From Candidatus Nanopelagicales bacterium (GTDB lineage: Bacteria > Actinomycetota > Actinomycetes > S36-B12): a DNA stretch of 64,000 bases. Under the pieces are notes generated by a model. That model did no database searches, was not told the DNA's origin, and saw only the letters and a list, made by a program, of their open reading frames with translations. Made by a program: the position numbers and the translations under genes. The stretch lies in contig JBILOY010000004.1 in NCBI GenBank assembly GCA_044374195.1, positions 2,514 through 66,513 on the forward strand, in the 5' to 3' direction. Shown one piece after another: positions 36,297 to 45,106 of this stretch (positions are counted from its first letter, which is position 1; each line of letters begins with the position of its first letter).

Positions 36297-36352
36297 TTAT
36301 CAATGATGGGGGATCAAACCTGAATTCTGTTATCAGTACTTCTCATTGATAA
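36297..36352. repeat. Inverted repeat TTATCAATGA ... TCATTGATAA (10 bp arms, 36-nt spacer) with an inner GTTATCA/TGATAAC pair
   Basis: Read directly. Lies 10 nt after the antitoxin stop, at the edge of the AT-richer segment. Confidence 0.5.
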
Positions 36353-36601
36353 CGAGATCCCCTCTGCCCACCAGCTCCCCCAGCACTTGGACGGACTTCG
36401 GTGCAGCAGCGAACGCTTGTGTCCCAATGTCGGTGACGGTTGGCCAGATGAAGGCCTGGCGGGCTCTCTAAGACACGTGGGTCATTCCCGATTCGCGGCA
36501 TGTCATTGGGCCGCGACCACCACGCTTGCAAAAAAAAACAAAATCTCTATTGTTTGAGTATCCGTCCCACTCAGCAATTTGCCCAAGAAAGGTCATGTCC
36601 G

Positions 36602-37108
36602 ATGAATCTGACACGAATTAAGTCCTCAATTGCCGGAATTGCGATTCTCGGAGCTTTAGTGGCCACTGTTCCGATGGCGACCGCCGCGAATGCTGCAAAT
36701 CCCGATGTCACGCGTATGACTCTTATTCAGGAAAAGCCGACCATCTTCACGTATAACAATCTTCCGGGTGAGATTCCTGGGAAGAAGACCTACTTCGCCG
36801 CTCGGCTCACCAAGCCGACGGGCGCTGCCTTTGGGCTGCTGACGGGCAATATTAGCTCGGTGGCCCCTGTGGCGGGCAACCCAGAAGAAGCTCGACTGCG
36901 TACCTTGATCTTCACATTGCCCGGCGGTCAGATGATCGCTCAAGGAAACAGCATTTATCCCCTCGGCGCAGTGGAGATTAACCCGAACACGCCCGTGGCG
37001 ATTGCGATTACCGGCGGCACGGGGGCGTACCTTGGCGCTCGTGGCCAGGTCGTCACCACTCGAAACGCAGACGGCACTTACACTCATAAATTCAGCCTGC
37101 TCAAGTAG
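36602..37108 (+). CDS. Secreted protein, unknown function (C-terminal ITGGTGAYLGARG motif reminiscent of dirigent / allene-oxide-cyclase-like barrels)
   Basis: Signal peptide IAILGALVATVPMATAANA. ORF-track frame trimmed to ATG 36602. Confidence 0.65.
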   Translation: MNLTRIKSSIAGIAILGALVATVPMATAANAANPDVTRMTLIQEKPTIFTYNNLPGEIPGKKTYFAARLTKPTGAAFGLLTGNISSVAPVAGNPEEARLRTLIFTLPGGQMIAQGNSIYPLGAVEINPNTPVAIAITGGTGAYLGARGQVVTTRNADGTYTHKFSLLK

Positions 37109-37147
37109 CAAGGGCAGCACGCCTTACAGGGAACGACCAGGCCAGTT

Positions 37148-37180
37148 GCGGAGCCCAGGGAGAAGGCCCTTGGGCTCCGC
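37148..37180 (+). terminator. GC-rich stem-loop after the 36602 gene
   Basis: GCGGAGCCCAGGG-loop-CCCTTGGGCTCCGC, 13 pairs including one G-T. Confidence 0.6.
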
Positions 37181-37304
37181 CGCGCTGACGTGGAGTTCCC
37201 CAGTTTACGCAAAAGATACCTGAGTAGAGAATTCATTTAGTGAGGTATCTCTGAAATGCTGTATCCTGACAGGGCCCAAAAGGCGAAGTTTGAGAGGAAC
37301 TGGA

Positions 37305-38381
37305 ATGCAGAACAGGCGAAGCAATCTAAGGGGCAAATGGGTCGCAGGTGTCGGCGCTGTGGCGATCTCGTCCGGCCTCCTCGCCTCGCTTGGTCTTGGC
37401 GCCACCCCGGCTACCGCAGCCCAGGGCTGGAACGGCAATGGGGCCCCTGCCGTGCTAAAGACCGCGCCAGCAGGTACATCGATCAGCGCGCCGGCGAAGG
37501 GCTCCATTTTTGCTTGCGTCGAGACTCCCGCGCCGAACGGCACGATTCTCCCCGATGGCACGAAGCTGCCAGATGGTTCACTTCTTGATGTTGGACAGGA
37601 GTTCGGCAGAACGTTGACCCAGGCGAATACACCGTGGGTTCAGGGCAACAATGTGGTGCTCTCGAAGATCGATACGGTGCCGGGCAAGGTGAAGATGAAG
37701 AGTGTCTTCAAGATCACTGAGACCAAGACCACCCGTACCCTCAAGGGCAACGGCATTCCGAGCTTCGAGGTCGGCACTTTCGCCATTCCTAAGAGCTCCC
37801 CGTCGTACAAGTACTACGCCGCTCTTCCCGCGGCGGGATACGCCAACGCTGCAGAGATTCCGATCAAGCCCTACCACTTGGAACTCAGGATTCCCAAGAA
37901 CCCCAAGATCGCAGCAAAGCCCACCTGCTTTGGGCAACTGACGATTGGCGTTGCCCTTGTCGGTGCTGCATGGCATGCAGAGGTGGCGCTGGATGCGCTC
38001 GGGAATGCCTATGACCCGAATGCTGCGTTGCCGACAGACCGCTGCTTTGGTCATCCGTATGCAACGGAGTACCACGTCCATGGTTACTCGTGGAAGTGCA
38101 TGGACCAGGGCAAGCCAGGTGAGGCATCTCCGCTGGTCGGATACGCGCTGGATGGCTTCGGCATCTATGGACCGCGCGGTGCTGATGGCAAGTTGGTCAC
38201 GAACGCCCAGCTCGATGAGTGCCACGGCCGGGTCGGCGAGGTCATGTTCAATGGCAAGAAGCAGAAGATGTACCACTACGTGCTCAACAACGAGTACCCG
38301 TACTCAATCGGATGTTTCCGTGGAACCCCGCAGCCCTTTTGGGCTCCAGATCAGGGACCGATGAAGGGGATGAACCACTAA
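37305..38381 (+). CDS. Secreted YHYH-domain protein
   Basis: RR-containing signal MQNRRSNLRGKWVAGVGAV...ATAAQG. HVHGY, GYALDGFGIYG, DECHG and MYHYVLNNEYPYSIGCFRG blocks. Confidence 0.7.
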   Translation: MQNRRSNLRGKWVAGVGAVAISSGLLASLGLGATPATAAQGWNGNGAPAVLKTAPAGTSISAPAKGSIFACVETPAPNGTILPDGTKLPDGSLLDVGQEFGRTLTQANTPWVQGNNVVLSKIDTVPGKVKMKSVFKITETKTTRTLKGNGIPSFEVGTFAIPKSSPSYKYYAALPAAGYANAAEIPIKPYHLELRIPKNPKIAAKPTCFGQLTIGVALVGAAWHAEVALDALGNAYDPNAALPTDRCFGHPYATEYHVHGYSWKCMDQGKPGEASPLVGYALDGFGIYGPRGADGKLVTNAQLDECHGRVGEVMFNGKKQKMYHYVLNNEYPYSIGCFRGTPQPFWAPDQGPMKGMNH

Positions 38382-38411
38382 GACCGGACTTCAACGGGCC
38401 ATGGTCAAACG

Positions 38412-38445
38412 TGCGGTGTCAGCTCACACGTGAGCCGACACCGCA
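38412..38445 (+). terminator. Strong stem-loop after the YHYH gene
   Basis: TGCGGTGTCAGCTCAC-AC-GTGAGCCGACACCGCA, 16-bp stem with one mismatch. Confidence 0.7.
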
Positions 38446-38536
38446 TGTTCGTGTTGCGGCGAGGATTCATTGCGAGTGAGCCCCGTGAGTGCTAAGTAAC
38501 CCATTAGGATTAGAGAAATAACTTTGGGGAGTGGGC

Positions 38537-38962
38537 ATGGGTAAGTCGACTGAGAAGACCTGGAATCGTGGACGCTACTGGGCAGCCACGATCATCCTGT
38601 GCGCGCTTCTGATCTTTTCCGCCGTGCTGGTTTTTCGTAGTTCGGCCATGGCGGATGAACTGTCCGGTGAGTTTCGCATGCCGGAGTACCTGGGGCTCTG
38701 GGTACTGCCTATCGCCCAGTTGCTGGCAGCCGCCATCATCTTGTGGCGGAAGCTCCCCACACTCCGAGTTTTCGCCTACTCCTGGGTGCTCTTCTACTTC
38801 GTACTTGAGTTGATACTGCTGATCAATGTGCAGGATTACGTGTTGGCTGCCCTCTCCGGCTTCAAGATCGTGGTGTGGGCATTTGCCTTCCATTGGGATC
38901 GCAACCGAATCGCGAACAGCGTCCCGAAGGCAGTCGGTAGTGAGGCCCCCGAGCCCGCCTGA
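38537..38962 (+). CDS. 4-TM membrane protein, tandem paralog 1 (family not recognised)
   Basis: Paralogous to 39167..39580 (shared RK(L/M)P..R.FAY, DRNRIA(N/K)S.P.AV). Confidence 0.65.
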   Translation: MGKSTEKTWNRGRYWAATIILCALLIFSAVLVFRSSAMADELSGEFRMPEYLGLWVLPIAQLLAAAIILWRKLPTLRVFAYSWVLFYFVLELILLINVQDYVLAALSGFKIVVWAFAFHWDRNRIANSVPKAVGSEAPEPA

Positions 38963-39166
38963 TGCCTTGTGAGGCGAACTGGGTTGACCATCGCGTTGGC
39001 CGACTGAGTTCCCATTGGAGCGTGTTCGGGCCGCACAGAAATTGATCGAAAAAACAAGAGAATAAACTTTAAAAGACAGCCGCACGGTGCTAGATTGCTC
39101 ACCGTTGGTGCTTTATGAGCGTCCGACTATTCGAAATCATACGTGCGACATTTAGTAGGAGCGTTC

Positions 39167-39580
39167 ATGTCAAAGTCGTCTCACTCTTCTTACAACAAGG
39201 TGCTCTACTGGATTCCCACCATCTTCCTGTGTGCTGGGATGATCGCTTCCACGCTGTTGTGGTTCACGGTTACCGGTCCGCCGGAAATTCTCAAGATCGC
39301 CGAAACGATGAAGGCGCCGAACACCTGGGTTTTCTATGCGCTGCCGTTCGGCCAGTTCATTGCCGCAATCATCATTCTCAACCGAAAGATGCCCGCGGCT
39401 CGAACCTTCGCGTACGCATTTGCCATGTTCTATAACGGTGCGTTGATGCTCCTGCTGCTCAACTCGGACAGCACTGCGGGAGCAGCTGTAGAGTTCGGCA
39501 AGATCGCGGTCGCGGTTTGGGCCTACATTGCCGATCGCAACCGAATCGCGAAGAGCGCGCCGCAGGCAGTCTCCGCTTGA
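39167..39580 (+). CDS. 4-TM membrane protein, tandem paralog 2
   Basis: See paralog 1. GTAGGAG RBS before ATG 39167. Confidence 0.65.
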   Translation: MSKSSHSSYNKVLYWIPTIFLCAGMIASTLLWFTVTGPPEILKIAETMKAPNTWVFYALPFGQFIAAIIILNRKMPAARTFAYAFAMFYNGALMLLLLNSDSTAGAAVEFGKIAVAVWAYIADRNRIAKSAPQAVSA

Positions 39581-39640
39581 GCCCAGAGCAACCGGAGTAA
39601 GGCGACGGCTCTACGTGAAGATGCGTGCGGCGGTTAGCGG

Positions 39641-40270
39641 CTACTTCGACGGGGTTGCGTACAGGTAGGCGCACGTCATTTCGGCGTACTGAGTTGCGAC
39701 GAATTTAGTGCTCAGGTTGACACTCGAGAATTCGACTTGGTCGAGCATGATCTGCTGAAACACTGCCGCAATGCTCATGCGTGAGGCCATTTCAATGCGA
39801 CGCTTGTCCGCCGCGCTCGTGAACGTGGGCAGGTAGCTCTTGATGAGGTCGAGGAACGTGGTGTTGATCCCAACGGTGAACCGACCACCGGTATCACGCC
39901 ATTCCCGGTTATGAGAGTTGCCCACCGCGAAGAAGTAGAGAGGCACCCTGTACCGCTGGACTACCTCGAAAGTTCCCGTGAAGGCTGTTCGCATGGCGGA
40001 ATCGAGATCGGGTTCCTTCGCAGCCTTTGCAAGTACCGGCATAAGTTCGGCCCCAACAACCTGGAGCACTCGCTCGTGCATGGCATCAAGAAACCCGTGC
40101 ATGTCGCCAAACCGGGCGTAGAAGGAGCCAGTGGAAGTGTCAGCGCGCTCGATAACTGCCTCGAGGGTGAGAGCGGGGCTTCCGCCCTCGTAGAACAACT
40201 GCTCACCGGCATCGAGCATGCGATTCATCGACTCGATGCTTCGCTGTTGAACGGGCACTCTGCGAGCCAC
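39641..40270 (-). CDS. TetR-family transcriptional regulator
   Basis: N-terminal HTH LTLEAVIERADTSTGSFYARF. Confidence 0.85.
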   Translation of the reverse strand: MARRVPVQQRSIESMNRMLDAGEQLFYEGGSPALTLEAVIERADTSTGSFYARFGDMHGFLDAMHERVLQVVGAELMPVLAKAAKEPDLDSAMRTAFTGTFEVVQRYRVPLYFFAVGNSHNREWRDTGGRFTVGINTTFLDLIKSYLPTFTSAADKRRIEMASRMSIAAVFQQIMLDQVEFSSVNLSTKFVATQYAEMTCAYLYATPSK

Positions 40271-40366
40271 GGCGGCACCCCTCTCATTCCCAGTTCATTT
40301 ACTTCAGAGTAGCAAGGTTTCCGCTGGGATCAGACTAGAACCAGATCTCTATCTCGAAGTGTCCCT

Positions 40367-40906
40367 CTATTCAGCGACAAGCAGCGTCCCAATAAGAAGG
40401 TGAAGGATTCGTTGTCGATGCGCTTTATCGAGGCTCGATGCGTCCACGGACAAGATCATCCCCTCGGTAACTACGCCAATCGCTTCCGCCACCAGTTGCG
40501 GATCAATGCCCGGCGCACATCGTCCTTCGAGTAGCTGTGCCAGTCGCTCGCTCCACCATCGATCGAATTCCGCGGCTCGCTCGGTGATCTCTGGTTCGAT
40601 GCCAACTCGGTACGCAGCAACGATTGCCCACCACACGCCGTCGGGATCCGCCTCAATCGACCATTCGAGGAAGGTCGCGAGGGGGTCGTCGGCCGTAAGC
40701 AGCACTGACTCGATCTGCTCCTGCATCTGCGTCAGGCTTTCGCTGACGGCCTCGCGCAGGAGCTCGTCGCGGTCAGCGAAGTAGTGGGTGATGGCGGAGG
40801 TCGATCGGCCGACCTCGCGAGCGACTCGGCGGATGGTCACCGCCGGGACACCCTCGGTGGCGATCACCCGGATCGTCGCCTCTTTGACCTCGTCGCGCAC
40901 GCTCAT
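40367..40906 (-). CDS. TetR-family transcriptional regulator (divergent from P450-MFS)
   Basis: HTH VTIRRVAREVGRSTSAITHYF. Start taken at ATG 40906 (MSVRDE). Confidence 0.85.
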   Translation of the reverse strand: MSVRDEVKEATIRVIATEGVPAVTIRRVAREVGRSTSAITHYFADRDELLREAVSESLTQMQEQIESVLLTADDPLATFLEWSIEADPDGVWWAIVAAYRVGIEPEITERAAEFDRWWSERLAQLLEGRCAPGIDPQLVAEAIGVVTEGMILSVDASSLDKAHRQRILHLLIGTLLVAE

Positions 40907-40917
40907 TTGACGATCAT

Positions 40918-40945
40918 ACAACAAGTGTTGTACAACAGGTGTTGT
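40918..40945. promoter_or_regulatory. Two abutting 14-bp palindromes ACAACA-AG-TGTTGT and ACAACA-GG-TGTTGT (candidate TetR operator)
   Basis: Read directly. They fill almost the whole 37-bp tetR/P450 intergenic region and overlap the P450 GTG. Confidence 0.65.
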
Positions 40946-42281
40946 GACCGCGACTCCAGCTCAGCGAGCGTCCAGATCTATGGCCGACGTTCAGCGTGAC
41001 CTGCATAGGGGAGCCTCCATCGGCACCGTCTGGGCCCTCAGTCGCGCGTTCTCACTTATCGGTGATCCGGGTGGGGTCCTCGAGACGACCGACGACATGG
41101 TCGGCTTTGCCGACAGCCTGCGCACCCGTGCCTTTATTAGAAGCCGGGGCGGCGAGGTCTACTCATCGAACTATGAGGTGTGCTCGGCCGTACTGCGCTC
41201 GCCCGATGCATCGGCCGATATCCCCGAGCCACGCAACCTCCTTGAATCGCTCCTGATCGGACCGAGACCACCGAAGGACCGCATTGATCCGTTGCTCGAT
41301 GCCATCATCAGCAAGGACGGTGCGGCTCACTCGCGAATGCGACGCCTGGTGCAACCCGCCTTCACCCATCGCATCATGCAGGGCTGGCGCGATGCCACGG
41401 AGCGCGTGGCCGCGCAGCTGGTCGCGGCACTTCCTGATGATCGTCCATTTGACCTGGTGCGCGATCTGGCTGCTCCACTCCCTATGGCCGTCATCTGCGA
41501 GATCCTCGGCGTGCCCTATGCGGATCGCGATCAGTTCAGCGCCTGGGGCGACACCCTTGCTGAAGGGCTGGACAGGCCGCGCAGTCTCAGTCAAGCGCGA
41601 CGCATGGACGTTGCCTCGCAGGCGCTCGTCGGATATCTGAGCGATCTGCTCGAGCAACGCCGAGCGAACCCCGCGGGTGATCTCCTCAGTTCGATGGCGA
41701 CAGCCGAGGAAGAAGGCGATCGCCTCGACGACCGTGACATCGTCGGCACGGCATCATTTCTGCTGCTTGCCGGCTTCGAGACGACAGTCAACCTGCTTGG
41801 CGCTGGCACCGAAGTCCTGCTGCGGCACCCGCATCAGTTCGCGGAGGTCGCTGCCGATCCGCAGCTGATTCCCGATCTCGTGGAGGAAGCGCTGCGCTAC
41901 GTGAGCCCGGTGCAGTACACGTTCCGTACTGCATTGGCACCCATCGAACTGCCCGGTGGTGAGGTGCTGGGGGAGGGCGAGACAATCATTCTCATGCTTG
42001 TCGGCGCGAATCGTGATCCCCAGATCTTCGATGAGCCCAATCGCTTTGACATTCATCGTCACAACTCCCGCAAGCACCTTGCCTTCGGCTTCGGAATTCA
42101 TCACTGCCTCGGTGCTGCACTCGCGCGCATGGAGGCGGAGATCACCTGGCGTCACTTGATTGCACGGTTCCCTGATCCGCAGGCATGGAGCCTTGCGGGG
42201 GAGCCGGTGCCTAATCCGAGTCGAATGATTCACGGACTTCGCTCCCTGCCGGTGCAGGTCGACAGACGCGTCCGGGCATGA
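40944..42281 (+). CDS. Cytochrome P450
   Basis: Heme loop FGFGIHHCLGAALAR, ExxR (EEALRY), and I-helix AGFETT. Start uncertain (GTG 40944 or ATG 40980). Confidence 0.9.
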   Translation: MTATPAQRASRSMADVQRDLHRGASIGTVWALSRAFSLIGDPGGVLETTDDMVGFADSLRTRAFIRSRGGEVYSSNYEVCSAVLRSPDASADIPEPRNLLESLLIGPRPPKDRIDPLLDAIISKDGAAHSRMRRLVQPAFTHRIMQGWRDATERVAAQLVAALPDDRPFDLVRDLAAPLPMAVICEILGVPYADRDQFSAWGDTLAEGLDRPRSLSQARRMDVASQALVGYLSDLLEQRRANPAGDLLSSMATAEEEGDRLDDRDIVGTASFLLLAGFETTVNLLGAGTEVLLRHPHQFAEVAADPQLIPDLVEEALRYVSPVQYTFRTALAPIELPGGEVLGEGETIILMLVGANRDPQIFDEPNRFDIHRHNSRKHLAFGFGIHHCLGAALARMEAEITWRHLIARFPDPQAWSLAGEPVPNPSRMIHGLRSLPVQVDRRVRA

Positions 42282-43519
42282 CGTCCACAATCCGCTGGAC
42301 TCCCATCGCCCTCCTGGAGGCCACGAACCTTCTGTCGGGGATGTCCAACGGCGTCGTCACGATTGCGATCCCGTGGCTTGTGCTGCAGCGCACCGGGTCG
42401 GTCACGGCGGCAGGCCTTGTCGCGGCACTTTCGGCGCTGCCGGGCATTGTCGCGAGCCCGTTCGCAGGCTGGGCGGTCGATCACTTCGGGCGTCGGATCG
42501 TCAGCATCGTCTCCGACATCTTGTCGGCTATCTCCGTGGCGGCGATTCCGATCGTCGCAATGGTGACTGACCTCAACATCGCCATCATCTTGGGGCTCGC
42601 GATGCTCGGCGCGGTCTTCGATCCGGCGGGCTACACCGCGCGCCGCGCACTCATCCCCGACGTCGCCGAGGCAAGTGGCATGGAGGTCACGCGCCTAAAC
42701 GGTCTGCACGAGGGCATCTTCGGGGTCGGCTGGATCGTCGGCCCCCTTGCCGGTTCGCTGCTTATCGCTGCGCTCGGCGACACAGCAGCCTTTTGGGCAC
42801 CGTTCGGCTTATTCGTGCTCGCGGCCATCCTCATCTCATTGCTTCGCGTCACGGATGCCGGGCAGATCGCGAAAGCCGAACGCGAGGAGGCGGGAATTGA
42901 GCCACTCAGCGGGTGGCAGAACGCGATCTTGGGAGTGAAGCTGCTCTGGCGTGATCGCACACTGCGCGCTGTCACCATCGCGGTCATGGTGCTCGCCGCG
43001 ATCTACCTGCCAACCGAGACAGTGCTCCTTCCGGCGTACTTCACCGAAATTGACTCTCCCGAGCAACTTGGCTTCATCCTCGCCGCACTCTCTGCCGGCG
43101 CCATGGTCGGTGCCTTCTCCTATGGCTGGCTGAATCAGAGGATGAGTCGGCGCACGATTGTGTATGCCACTCTCTTCGGCTCGGCGCTCACCTATATACC
43201 GATGGCGCTGTTACCTCCGATCGGAATCTTCATCACCTTCGCCTTCCTCTGCGGTCTCACCTGGGGCCCGATGCAGCCGCTGCTCACCACCATCGTGCAG
43301 CTGCGCGTCGATCCTGATGCGCAAGGCCGAGTCTTTGGCATCCAGACGGCGACCTTCTACGTTGCTCCGCCCGCCGCGATGTTCCTCGCAGGCGTGTTAG
43401 CCGAGAGTTTCGGCGTCATGCCCGTGCTGCTGGGGATCGCCGGGCTGTTGTTGGTCACGGCAATTGCTGTCTTGAGAGTGAAGAGCCTGCGCGACCTCGA
43501 CTCCGATCGCCTCAGCTAG
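42278..43519 (+). CDS. MFS transporter (12-TM)
   Basis: ATGA overlap with the P450 gene. MFS motif GWAVDHFGRR. Confidence 0.9.
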   Translation: MTSTIRWTPIALLEATNLLSGMSNGVVTIAIPWLVLQRTGSVTAAGLVAALSALPGIVASPFAGWAVDHFGRRIVSIVSDILSAISVAAIPIVAMVTDLNIAIILGLAMLGAVFDPAGYTARRALIPDVAEASGMEVTRLNGLHEGIFGVGWIVGPLAGSLLIAALGDTAAFWAPFGLFVLAAILISLLRVTDAGQIAKAEREEAGIEPLSGWQNAILGVKLLWRDRTLRAVTIAVMVLAAIYLPTETVLLPAYFTEIDSPEQLGFILAALSAGAMVGAFSYGWLNQRMSRRTIVYATLFGSALTYIPMALLPPIGIFITFAFLCGLTWGPMQPLLTTIVQLRVDPDAQGRVFGIQTATFYVAPPAAMFLAGVLAESFGVMPVLLGIAGLLLVTAIAVLRVKSLRDLDSDRLS

Positions 43520-43532
43520 GAGCGAGTTGGGC

Positions 43533-43554
43533 AAGGTAGCACATGTGCTACCTT
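43533..43554. promoter_or_regulatory. Perfect 22-bp palindrome AAGGTAGCACA|TGTGCTACCTT
   Basis: Read directly. Sits between the MFS stop and the antitoxin GTG, so it could be a TA operator and/or a terminator. Confidence 0.6.
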
Positions 43555-43560
43555 GAGGGG

Positions 43561-43809
43561 GTGAGCACCATAGGAGTCCGTGAATTGCGGCAGAACGCGA
43601 GCGAGATCCTGCGCGAGGTCGAGGCGGGCGAACCCGCAACGGTCACCGTCGCCGGCCGACCCGTGGCGCAGATCGTCCCGCTCAGGGCTGATTGCTGGGC
43701 GTCCTGGGAGCGCATTGGCTCCATCTACGAGAGTGCGACAGATGCCGAGTGGGACGCCGACCGCAGAGGCTTCGGTGCCGCCGGTCTCAATGATCCGTGG
43801 GAACGCTGA
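43561..43809 (+). CDS. Phd/YefM-type antitoxin
   Basis: VSTIGVRELRQNASEILREVEAGEPATVTVAGRPVAQIVPL. Start trimmed to GTG 43561 behind GAGGGGG. Confidence 0.8.
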   Translation: MSTIGVRELRQNASEILREVEAGEPATVTVAGRPVAQIVPLRADCWASWERIGSIYESATDAEWDADRRGFGAAGLNDPWER

Positions 43810-44192
43810 TGAAGAGTGTGCTGGATACGAGCGTCCTGATAGCTGATTCACTCAATCCGATTGACGGCGACATTGCCATCAGCATGATCTCTATCGCCGA
43901 ACTGCAATTTGGCGTACTCGTGGCGCCGGATGACGAGCGTCGGGCGACTCGTCTGGCTCGCCTCAGTTCGATTCTGCGGGCATTCGAGCCGCTGCCCGTT
44001 GATGCAAAGGTCGCTGCCAGTTATGGGCAGCTCGCAGCAGCGACTCATCGCGCCGGACGCAAGGCCACGGCACGAAGCCTCGATCTGATGATTGCCGCAA
44101 CGGCACATGCGCATGGCGCCCGGCTGATCACCTCCAACATCGACGATGTTCGGCATCTCGACGGGCTCATCGAAATCGTCGAGGTCAGTTAG
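43809..44192 (+). CDS. vapC: PIN-domain VapC toxin
   Basis: LDTSVLI...ISIAELQFGV...DLMIAATAHAHGARLITSNIDD. TGATG junction with the antitoxin gene. Confidence 0.85.
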   Translation: MKSVLDTSVLIADSLNPIDGDIAISMISIAELQFGVLVAPDDERRATRLARLSSILRAFEPLPVDAKVAASYGQLAAATHRAGRKATARSLDLMIAATAHAHGARLITSNIDDVRHLDGLIEIVEVS

Positions 44193-44224
44193 AGGCCTAC
44201 CCACGCTGGGAAGAGGGAGCAGTC

Positions 44225-45106
44225 TCAGCTGGCGACGGTCCATCGATCAGTGGTCGTCCAGACCAGGTATCTGGTGCACACGACTCCGCCACGTCCTCCG
44301 TTCACCCACTGGGCCCAGGAGGTTCCCCATCCACCGGATTCAGATCCAGCCCAATTGAGCTTCTGGTCAGCAACAGATGAGCAGCCACCCGTTGGTTGTC
44401 CTACCTGCTGCAAGAGAGGCTGCGGCGTTTGGGAGGGAACGGGCGCGGTGTAAACAAAGCTCCCGCCAAGGATGGACCAGCCGCTGGGAAGGGATGAGGG
44501 TGTGCCGGTCAAGCCACTTGAGGTCACTCCGGTCAGGGTTGCGCCGCTGAAGTTGGCTCCCGAGAGATTTCCACTAGTGATTGTGGCATTAGAGAAATTC
44601 GCATTGGTGAGATTCGTGTTTGTCATGTCGGGGCTTGTGAGTGTGGAGGCGCTGAAATCGCAACCTGACAAGTCCAGTCCTGCGCCGGAGCCGATGACCT
44701 GACAGATTCCGGTGGACACCGTCGAGGTGTAGTTGCTGTTTCCGCTGTAGGTGGCAGTGATCACGAACTCACCGCTGGATCCAATCCCGCTGCCGAGCAG
44801 GGAGATAAGGGCTAAAGCATACGTATTGTCGGAGCTTCGGTTGAGAGTTGAGGGGGAGCCAATAGTCCGGTTACCTTCCTTGAAGGTAACCGTTCCAGTC
44901 GCCAGCGCTCCGGAAGTCACGACGCGAGCTTCAAACAGCACGCTACTGCTTGACGGGCTAACTGCGTTGTCGGAAAACAAGGTCACGCTGTTCGGCGCCA
45001 CCGCTGCCCGCGCAGGGGGTGCTGACAGGAGAAGGCTGCTGGTGAGAAGAGCGACTCCCGCACAGAACGTGCTCAAGAGTCGCGTGTGATCGATGCGCAG
45101 AATCAT
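44225..45106 (-). CDS. Secreted protein: signal peptide, Ig-like region, pentapeptide repeats and a C-terminal W..W.NGG.GG.VC.R domain
   Basis: Signal LLLSAPPARAAV. Pentapeptide run DLSGCDFSASTLTSPDMTNTNLTNANFSNATITSGNLSGANFSGATLTG. C-terminus SWAQWVNGGRGGVVCTR. Confidence 0.8.
   Translation of the reverse strand: MILRIDHTRLLSTFCAGVALLTSSLLLSAPPARAAVAPNSVTLFSDNAVSPSSSSVLFEARVVTSGALATGTVTFKEGNRTIGSPSTLNRSSDNTYALALISLLGSGIGSSGEFVITATYSGNSNYTSTVSTGICQVIGSGAGLDLSGCDFSASTLTSPDMTNTNLTNANFSNATITSGNLSGANFSGATLTGVTSSGLTGTPSSLPSGWSILGGSFVYTAPVPSQTPQPLLQQVGQPTGGCSSVADQKLNWAGSESGGWGTSWAQWVNGGRGGVVCTRYLVWTTTDRWTVAS

Noticed and set aside
36528-36540. A9-C-A4 homopolymer tract as a possible phase-variation switch
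   Set aside because: It is intergenic, 62 nt upstream of the nearest start, with no evidence of length variation from a single sequence. It is noted only as part of the AT-rich leader.
40907-40943. Search for a biarylitide-type mini-ORF (MxYxH) in front of the P450 gene
   Set aside because: The 37-bp gap is filled by the double palindrome and contains no such ORF. No small precursor-like ORF follows the P450 gene either.
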